A stretch of 64,000 bases of DNA from Candidatus Multivoradales bacterium (GTDB lineage: Bacteria > Acidobacteriota > Thermoanaerobaculia > Multivoradales > Multivoraceae), in NCBI GenBank assembly GCA_965223325.1, contig CBDCWI010000002.1:1184001-1248000 (forward strand), in the 5' to 3' direction. This document shows, one piece after another, positions 57,172-64,000 of this stretch. The position numbers and the translations under genes are program-made. Under the pieces are notes generated by a model. That model worked only from the letters and a program-made list of their open reading frames with translations. It was not told the origin of the DNA and did not search any database. Numbering within the stretch: position 1 is the stretch's first letter; every line of letters begins with the position of its first letter.

Positions 57172-58552
57172 CGTTGTCGTTGGCTTCGCGGTACACGCCG
57201 CGGGAGTCGATAATCAGCGGGGCGTGTTCGAGCACCATTGGCCATTCAATCTCGTCGTGGGCAGTGACGACGACGACCGCGTCCTGCTCGGCGAGCGACT
57301 TCGGATCGAGCGCCACCGACTCCATGACGGGAAGGTCGGGCCACGAACGCATCTCGGGCGCCATCGGCACGTGGGGGTCGTGGTAGGACACGTCGGCACC
57401 GCGCGCGAGGAGCAGGTCCAGTAGCTCGAAGGCAGGACTCTCGCGCGGATCGCCAACGTTCTTCTTGTAGGCCAGACCGAGCAGCATGATCTTGCTGCCC
57501 CGCAGGGGCTTGCCCATGTCGTCGAGTCCGTCGCGTAGTTTGCCGATCACGTACTTCGGCATCTCGACGTTGATCACGCCGGCAAGCTCGACGAAGCGCG
57601 CACTGTTACCCGACTCGCGCGCCTTCCACGCCAGGTAGAAGGGGTCGACCGGAATGCAGTGTCCTCCCCAGCCGGGACCGGGATCAAAGCGCATGAAGCC
57701 GAACGGTTTGGTCTCGGCAGCATCGAGTACTTCGCGCACGTCGATGTCCATGTCCTGGTAGATCATCTTGAGTTCGTTGACGAGCGCGATGTTGACGGCT
57801 CGAAAGATGTTCTCGGTCAGCTTGGTGGCCTCAGCGGCGCGGGTCGAAGACACTTCGACGACGTCCGGAACGATCTGGCGGTAGGCCATCGATGCAACTT
57901 CGGTGCTCTTTCGCCCGACTCCGCCGACGACTTTGGGAATCGACCGGGTGTCGAAGAACTTGTTGCCCGGGTCCTCTCGTTCGGGTGAAAAGGCCAGGAA
58001 GTAGTGCTCGCCGATATCGAGACCGCTGCGCTGGAGAATGGGTTGGACGACTTCTTCGGTCGTACCCGGCCAGGTGGTCGACTCGAGAACCACCAGCTGC
58101 CCCGGGCGCAGGTTGAGTGCGATCTGCTCTGCGGTCTGGCGCACGTAGCGAAGATCCGGATCGCGCTGTGGAGTGAGTGGAGTCGGGACACAGATCAGGA
58201 GCACATCGGGTTCGCCGAGGCGTGCGAAGTCGGCCGTCGCATCCAAATGAACGTCGACATCCTCGAGGCGGTCGCTGGCAATGTGCGGCAGATAGCTATA
58301 GCGATCTTCGATCGCCGCCACCTTCTCGAGGTCGACGTCGAAGCCGAGGGTGAGAAAGTTCTGCTCGGCAAAGGCCAGCTGGAGAGGGAGGCCCACGTAC
58401 CCCAGTCCGATCACGCCGATCGTCGCTTCTCTGGTTTCGAGTCGCTCGAGTAGCTGGGCATGCCAGTCGAACTGAGCGGTCGGCGCGGCGCGGCGAACGA
58501 TCCGAATCTCTGGGCGGCGACGGGAGTTCTGCGTGTCGACAGGAGGGGTCAT
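57158..58552 (-). CDS. Nucleotide-sugar dehydrogenase (UDP-GlcNAc/ManNAc 6-dehydrogenase family)
   Basis: GLGYVG, ICVPTP, LESTT.PGTT, SPEREDPG, KL.EN.FR.VNIA, GGHCIPVDP, GLAYK. Confidence 0.93.
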   Translation of the reverse strand: MTPPVDTQNSRRRPEIRIVRRAAPTAQFDWHAQLLERLETREATIGVIGLGYVGLPLQLAFAEQNFLTLGFDVDLEKVAAIEDRYSYLPHIASDRLEDVDVHLDATADFARLGEPDVLLICVPTPLTPQRDPDLRYVRQTAEQIALNLRPGQLVVLESTTWPGTTEEVVQPILQRSGLDIGEHYFLAFSPEREDPGNKFFDTRSIPKVVGGVGRKSTEVASMAYRQIVPDVVEVSSTRAAEATKLTENIFRAVNIALVNELKMIYQDMDIDVREVLDAAETKPFGFMRFDPGPGWGGHCIPVDPFYLAWKARESGNSARFVELAGVINVEMPKYVIGKLRDGLDDMGKPLRGSKIMLLGLAYKKNVGDPRESPAFELLDLLLARGADVSYHDPHVPMAPEMRSWPDLPVMESVALDPKSLAEQDAVVVVTAHDEIEWPMVLEHAPLIIDSRGVYREANDNVIRA

Positions 58553-58674
58553 ACTGGCTCGTTGGTTGAGGGGATGGGCAGGGGCCAAAGGGCGCACGAA
58601 GTGGCCTGAAGCCACCTCAGCCTCGATTCTAGCTAATCTATCAAAACAAAAAAAGCTCTTGGAGCCGATCCTCT

Positions 58675-59421
58675 GTGTGGTCACGACCCTTTCAGCCGCT
58701 GGGACGGGCTCTGCTGGATTTCCAGAAAGAACCCACCAAGATAGACAGGTTTCCGCTTGTGGTCAATCTGCTCGAGCGTGGAGTGACGTTCGGCACCTCG
58801 CCGATGCCGATGGCCGATGTCCTGCGCCTCGACGGGTTGACCACTCTCGACCGCTCCCACATCGAGCGCGCACGGGGCCGGGTTCTCGACGTCGGTGCCG
58901 GCGGTGGCCCGCTAGCTCTCGCTCTCCTCGCACGGGGCTTTCGGGTCACCGCGCTCGACCCGGAGCCCGAGGTCGCGGCGTTTCTCGTCGCGCGCGGTCT
59001 CGGCGACACCCGCTGCGACGACCTCGACGGCATGGCGGCGGGCGACGAGACCTGGGACACACTCCTCCTGGCGATGAATGGCCTCGGATTCGCTGGAGCA
59101 CGGCGCAACCTTCCGGCGCTGCTTTCGAAGCTCTGTCAGGTCATGGCGCCCGGGGGATGCATCGTGGCCGACTCGGCGAACCTACTCAGCAATGACGACC
59201 CAGAGGAGAAGGAGCGCGCTCACCGACGGTTGGCTGCCGGCCGGGAACCGGGCGAAATCGAAATGGCGCTGACCTACCGCGGCCACACCGGCCCATCGTT
59301 TCCCTGGTTCTACGCCGGGCAAGACGACATCGCCTGGGCCGCCGCACTCTGCGGACTCGAGGGCGAGACCCTCGCTTGCGAGACCGACGGCACCTTCAGC
59401 GTGGCGCTCACCCGAAAGTGA
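58675..59421 (+). CDS. Class I SAM-dependent methyltransferase
   Basis: PLGRALLDF, GRVLDVGAGGG, DTLLL.MNG.G, GEI...Y.G..G..FPW.Y. Confidence 0.85.
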   Translation: MWSRPFQPLGRALLDFQKEPTKIDRFPLVVNLLERGVTFGTSPMPMADVLRLDGLTTLDRSHIERARGRVLDVGAGGGPLALALLARGFRVTALDPEPEVAAFLVARGLGDTRCDDLDGMAAGDETWDTLLLAMNGLGFAGARRNLPALLSKLCQVMAPGGCIVADSANLLSNDDPEEKERAHRRLAAGREPGEIEMALTYRGHTGPSFPWFYAGQDDIAWAAALCGLEGETLACETDGTFSVALTRK

Positions 59422-59525
59422 GGAATCGTCGCAGCCTCTTCCGGTAGGCTCCCTTGACCGAAAACCGATCCGCTGAAAAGAGAGCGCCTAACGGCTCGCC
59501 CACCTTCGTTGACTGGAGGATCGTC

Positions 59526-61505
59526 ATGCGTCGTATCGAGAGCACACTGACTCGCACAACCCTGATCGCCCTTTTGGCACCGGCCCTCTTGTGGGGCTGC
59601 ACCCGGGCCGATACCGACCAAGCGGCGAAAGACACAGAGCGGGAACCGGTGCGCTACGACGCACGCACCTTCCACGAAACCACCTCGATCTCGGGAACCT
59701 CCTTCTCGGCCGACGGCACACGCATTCTGGTCACCAGCGACGCCACCGGCGTCTTCAATGTCTATTCCCAGCCGGTCGCCGGCGGCGAACCGGTCGCCCT
59801 GACCGACTCGACGGTCGACGCGCACTATGCGGTCTCCTGGTTTCCGGCCGATGATCGCTTCCTCTTCTCGGCCGACAAGGGAGGCAACGAGCTCACCCAC
59901 CTCTACGTCCAGGAAGAGGACGGGACGGTCATCGACCTGACGCCAGGCGAATCCGTCAAGGCCTTCTTCGCCGGCTGGAGTGGCGACGACCAGTCGTTCT
60001 ATGTCGCCAGCAACGAGCGCGATCCGCGCGCCTTCGATATCTACGCCTACGCGGTCGCCAAGAGCGGCGACACCTACCCGCGCACTCTTCTGTTCGAGAA
60101 TCCGGGCGACGTACAGCCTGGTGCGATCAGTCGCGACGGGCGCTACATGGCCCTCTCGGAGCCCAGGAGCAACACGCGCAGTGACCTGCACGTGCTCGAG
60201 TTGGCCTCGGGCAAGCGCCAGCGGATCTCCGCCGACAGCGATGGCGAACGAGGCATCCTGGGATTCGCCCCCGACACATCGGCGCTCTACTACTCGACCG
60301 ATGAACACGGTGAGTTCAGCCAGGCCTGGTCCTACGACCTCGCGAGCGATGAGCACTCGATGGTCCTGGCGCCCGACTGGGATGTGTGGAACGTGTCGTT
60401 CTCAGACTCCGGTCGCTATCGGGTGGCGGTGATCAACGAAGACGCTGCGGCACAAGTCTCGATCCTCGAAACGGCGACCGGCAACGAAGTCGAGATTCCC
60501 GGTCTGCCTCCAGGCGACCTCAGCCAGGTGACCTTCTCCGAAGACGAGACGCAAATGGCCTTCTATGTTCGCGGCAGCACCTCGCCAGCAGACCTGTGGA
60601 CATGGCGCATTGGCGAGGAGCGCGCCCGCCGGTTGACGAGCAGCTTGAATCCCCAGATCGACGAGAACGATCTGGTGGCTTCCGAAGTGATTCGCTACCC
60701 GAGCTTCGACGGCCTCGAGATCCCGGCGATCCTCTGGCGTGCGCACTCGGCGACGGCCGAGACGCCCGGACCCGCCATCGTCTTCGTGCACGGGGGCCCG
60801 GGCGGCCAGACGCGCCGCACCTACAACGCCATGCTCCAGCACCTGGTCAACCACGGCTACACCATTCTGGGCGTCAACAACCGCGGCTCCTCTGGCTACG
60901 GCAAGACCTTCTACCACCTCGACGACCGCAAACACGGCGACGTCGACCTCGACGACTGTGTCGAGGCCCGCAACTGGCTGGCCGAACGGGACTGGATCGA
61001 CGGCAACCGCATCGCCATCATGGGAGGTAGCTACGGCGGCTACATGACCGCCGCGGCGCTGGCGTTTCGGCCCGAGGTCTTCGACGCCGGCATCGACATC
61101 TTCGGGGTCACCAACTGGATCCGCACGATCGAGAACACGCCGCCCTGGTGGGGCGTTGGGCGCGACGCGCTGCTCGAAGAGATCGGCGACCCGGGAACCG
61201 AGGATCGCGCCCGGCTCGAGCGCATCTCACCGCTCTTCCACGCCCACAACATCACCAAGCCCCTGCTCGTCATCCAGGGCGCCAACGACCCCCGGGTTCT
61301 AAAGGTCGAGAGTGATGAACTGGTTGCCGCCGCGCGTGAGAACGGTGCGCCGGTCGAATACGTCGTCTTCGACGACGAAGGCCACGGCTTCGCCAAAAAG
61401 GAAAACCGCATCGAAGCCTCAGAGGCCTATCGCCAGTTCCTCGACCGCTACCTCGGCGGGCCTTCCGACGAAACGTCCGACCACGAGCTACCGAGCGGAA
61501 GCTGA
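59526..61505 (+). CDS. S9 family (prolyl oligopeptidase/acylaminoacyl peptidase-like) lipoprotein
   Basis: Lipobox LWGC, beta-propeller, VHGGP, GGSYGG (Ser), NDPRV (Asp), EGHG (His). Confidence 0.93.
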   Translation: MRRIESTLTRTTLIALLAPALLWGCTRADTDQAAKDTEREPVRYDARTFHETTSISGTSFSADGTRILVTSDATGVFNVYSQPVAGGEPVALTDSTVDAHYAVSWFPADDRFLFSADKGGNELTHLYVQEEDGTVIDLTPGESVKAFFAGWSGDDQSFYVASNERDPRAFDIYAYAVAKSGDTYPRTLLFENPGDVQPGAISRDGRYMALSEPRSNTRSDLHVLELASGKRQRISADSDGERGILGFAPDTSALYYSTDEHGEFSQAWSYDLASDEHSMVLAPDWDVWNVSFSDSGRYRVAVINEDAAAQVSILETATGNEVEIPGLPPGDLSQVTFSEDETQMAFYVRGSTSPADLWTWRIGEERARRLTSSLNPQIDENDLVASEVIRYPSFDGLEIPAILWRAHSATAETPGPAIVFVHGGPGGQTRRTYNAMLQHLVNHGYTILGVNNRGSSGYGKTFYHLDDRKHGDVDLDDCVEARNWLAERDWIDGNRIAIMGGSYGGYMTAAALAFRPEVFDAGIDIFGVTNWIRTIENTPPWWGVGRDALLEEIGDPGTEDRARLERISPLFHAHNITKPLLVIQGANDPRVLKVESDELVAAARENGAPVEYVVFDDEGHGFAKKENRIEASEAYRQFLDRYLGGPSDETSDHELPSGS

Positions 61506-61512
61506 GGCGGGG

Positions 61513-63999
61513 TCACTCTCTGAGGGTGAGCGCCGGGGCCACCCGCGCCGCCCGCCTGGCCGGACCAACGGCAGCGAGAACCGCGGTGGTGGCCAACGCT
61601 GCCATCACCAGGAAAAACGACCAGGGGTCGCGCGCCGGAACCGCGAAGAGAAGCGAGTCGAGGCGGGGACTGAGCAAGTAGGCGACGGCGGCTCCAACGA
61701 ACACCGCCCCCACACTGAGCACGAGCGCTCGCGTCAAGACATCGCGTGCGATGTCACCTGGCGACGCTCCCAGTGCCAACCGCACGCCGAACTCCTGGCG
61801 GCGCTGCGCGACGACGAACGCCGCCACGCCGTAGACCCCGAGCAGTGCGAGGCCAAGCGCTGCGAGGGCGAGTACTGCGAGGATCTGCACCAGGGCGCGG
61901 TCCTCTCTCATCGAGCGTCTGACGACACTCTGCATCGAGGCGACGTCGAAGACCGGAACTTCAGGGTCGATCCCGGCCACCAGGCTTTGCACCCGCCCGG
62001 CGAGACCCTCGGGGGACCCGTCGGAACGCACCAGGACCGAGAGCGCTGTCGCCCACTCCTGCTCCTGCGGGAAGTAGATCGCAGCGCGCGGTGGGGTGCG
62101 CGAGTTGACGTGCAACACGTCACCGACGACGCCCACGATCGTCCTCTCGCCGCCGTCTCCCCAGTGGACGTGCACGGACTTGCCGAGTGCCGACTGGCCA
62201 GGCCATTCGGCGCTCGCCAGAGTCCGATTCACGAGCACCACTGGCGGAGCCTCCCGGGTGTCTGAGGGCCTGAAGGCGCGGCCCTCGACCAACGGGATTC
62301 CGGCTGCCTGCAGGTAGTCGCCACGAAGCACCCTGATGTTGGCCGGCGGTGCCTGCCCATCCTCGGGCGGTGGGCGATCTCCCGGGTAGTACGACGTCGC
62401 CGCGCCTACCGAGGTCATCGGCACATGCGAGGCGGCACCCACCGCGGTGACTCCGGGTAGCGAGGCCAGCCCCGCTTCGAGGCGCAAGAAAAAGGTCTCG
62501 GCAGAGGAGCGCTCGATCCGACGCGGTAGGGAAACTTTGAACGACAAGACTCCCTCGGCGTTAAAGCCCTGGTCAACCCGGACCTGTTCGGCCAGCGAGC
62601 GCACCATCAATACCGCACCGACCAACAGCACGACGGCCAGCGCGATCTGCACAAAAACCAGGGCACCCCGCAAAGCACTTCGTCGACGCCCCGGAGAGAT
62701 GGCGCGCCGCAAGAGAGAGGCCGAGTCGCGACGAAGCGCCACCAGAGCCGGCACGAGCCCGAAGAGCAGGCTGCACACAACGAGCAACACGGCCACGAAG
62801 CCAACCACCCGCAAGTCCCACGAAGTCTCGAGGCTGAGCATGTGCTCGGGCAACAAGAGTCGCAGCAGACGTTCGAGCGGCCAGGCCAGGAGCAGCCCCA
62901 GCCCCAGTGCCACTGTCGATGTCACCAGCCCTTCGTTGAGCACCTGGCGCGCGATCCGCCCCTTCCCGGCACCGAGTGCACCCCGGATGGCCACCTCGCG
63001 CGTCCGGGCGCTGGCCCGGACGGTCAGGAGGCTGGCAACGTTGACGCAGACGATCGCGAGGACCAGAAGAACCGCAACCAGGAGCGCCAGCAGCGGCAGT
63101 CGACTCGCCGACCGCACGTGTTCAGCGAGCGGGTAAGCAGCAACCGTCCAGCGTGCGTTGGCCTCGGGGTAAGCCTCCAGCATGCGCTCGGTGAGGATCT
63201 TGGTTTCCAGGGCGACATCGGCGTGCGTCGCTCCGGGCACCCGTCGCCCAATGACCATCAGCCAACGCCCACCGGCAGCCTCCCATTCGGCGGTCACCGG
63301 CAGGGCGGCATAGAGATCGCCGCGGCGCCCGAAGTTGCCGTTGCCGGGTCCCATGTCGAGGGCGAAATCGGCCGGCATCACACCGACGACTTCGGAAGGT
63401 TCGCCGTTGAGCTCGATCTCCTTGCCGACGATTCGCGGGTCGCGGCCGTAGCGTTCGGCCCACAATGCCTCGCCGAGGACGACGACCGAAGCGGCTCCTG
63501 GAAGACCGTCTTCCTCGATGAGCGTGCGCCCCATGAGCGGCGGTCGATCGAGAACGCGGAAGTAGTCAGCGGTGGCCAACCGCATGCGGGCGCGGGCCGC
63601 GGGAGCGTCGGATGCCCCGCCGTCGGTGAGGTTGGTGTCGACGGTGATGAAGCCCGCCACCGCCTCGAGCGTGGTGGTATTGCGTTGCCACAGCAGGAAG
63701 TTGGCTGGGCTGGTGACGTTCTTGAAGGCTCCGCGGTGAACCTGCTCCTCCCAGAGGGTCTCGAGCTCCCCTGGTGCCGCAAAGGGCAGCGCCCGAAGCA
63801 AGACCGCGTTGGTGAGCGAGAAGACGGCAATGGTCGCCGCCAGCCCCAGGGTCAGAATGCCGATCAAGGTGGCGCTCCAACCGGGATAGCGCCGGAACTG
63901 GCGCAGAGCGTAGAGAACGTCAAGGCGAAACTCTGAAGCCCAGATCTCGAAGTTCCTTTGCCGATCGCGTCGCTCGGCAATGCGCAGGCAGTCGTTTTC
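61513..63999 (-). CDS. ADOP-type duplicated ABC permease (FtsX/MacB domains), 5'-truncated by the window edge
   Basis: Frame is open to the edge (…RLDVLYALRQFRRYPG…); ILTLGL...VFS..NAVLLR.LP, REVAIRGALGA, EFGVRLALGA, PARRAARV.P...LR. Confidence 0.9.
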   Translation of the reverse strand, partial: ENDCLRIAERRDRQRNFEIWASEFRLDVLYALRQFRRYPGWSATLIGILTLGLAATIAVFSLTNAVLLRALPFAAPGELETLWEEQVHRGAFKNVTSPANFLLWQRNTTTLEAVAGFITVDTNLTDGGASDAPAARARMRLATADYFRVLDRPPLMGRTLIEEDGLPGAASVVVLGEALWAERYGRDPRIVGKEIELNGEPSEVVGVMPADFALDMGPGNGNFGRRGDLYAALPVTAEWEAAGGRWLMVIGRRVPGATHADVALETKILTERMLEAYPEANARWTVAAYPLAEHVRSASRLPLLALLVAVLLVLAIVCVNVASLLTVRASARTREVAIRGALGAGKGRIARQVLNEGLVTSTVALGLGLLLAWPLERLLRLLLPEHMLSLETSWDLRVVGFVAVLLVVCSLLFGLVPALVALRRDSASLLRRAISPGRRRSALRGALVFVQIALAVVLLVGAVLMVRSLAEQVRVDQGFNAEGVLSFKVSLPRRIERSSAETFFLRLEAGLASLPGVTAVGAASHVPMTSVGAATSYYPGDRPPPEDGQAPPANIRVLRGDYLQAAGIPLVEGRAFRPSDTREAPPVVLVNRTLASAEWPGQSALGKSVHVHWGDGGERTIVGVVGDVLHVNSRTPPRAAIYFPQEQEWATALSVLVRSDGSPEGLAGRVQSLVAGIDPEVPVFDVASMQSVVRRSMREDRALVQILAVLALAALGLALLGVYGVAAFVVAQRRQEFGVRLALGASPGDIARDVLTRALVLSVGAVFVGAAVAYLLSPRLDSLLFAVPARDPWSFFLVMAALATTAVLAAVGPARRAARVAPALTLRE

Positions 64000-64000
64000 G

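Noticed and set aside
54954-58552. Lipid kinase + GT4 + NDP-sugar dehydrogenase as a glycolipid pathway
   Set aside because: Genes alternate in orientation and belong to generic families; no operon evidence.

Overview
High-GC bacterial chromosomal window, about 54 protein-coding genes. An ADOP-type permease, an ACIII-caa3 operon, exosortase H and an 'FxDDFESG' C-terminal tag suggest Acidobacteriota, possibly Thermoanaerobaculia-like (inference). Left to right: partial molybdopterin oxidoreductase; two c-di-GMP enzymes; an ECF sigma/small membrane protein/MscS operon followed by a DUF481 gene; an ABC exporter; a complete alternative complex III (actA-G) + SCO + type A2 caa3 oxidase operon; an O2-sensing island (cytochrome c, USP, fixL/fixJ, c'-like cytochrome, truncated hemoglobin); secreted/hydrolase genes; pyrR-pyrB-pyrC; exosortase H and partner; smc; lipid kinase, glycosyltransferase and NDP-sugar dehydrogenase; S9 peptidase; partial ADOP permease. 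No rRNA, tRNA, CRISPR or intact transposase seen. The strongest unexplained signals are non-coding: (1) a candidate ~170-nt minus-strand sRNA (37787-37616) framed by a perfect sigma54 -24/-12 promoter and its own intrinsic terminator; (2) a perfect Rex operator in front of the ACIII-caa3 operon; (3) tandem NrdR-like boxes 32 bp apart plus a DnaA box in front of smc; (4) repeated FixJ-like boxes on both sides of fixLJ; (5) two MITE/REP-like palindromic elements. All family calls come from motif recognition by eye, with no database searches; start codons are best estimates.
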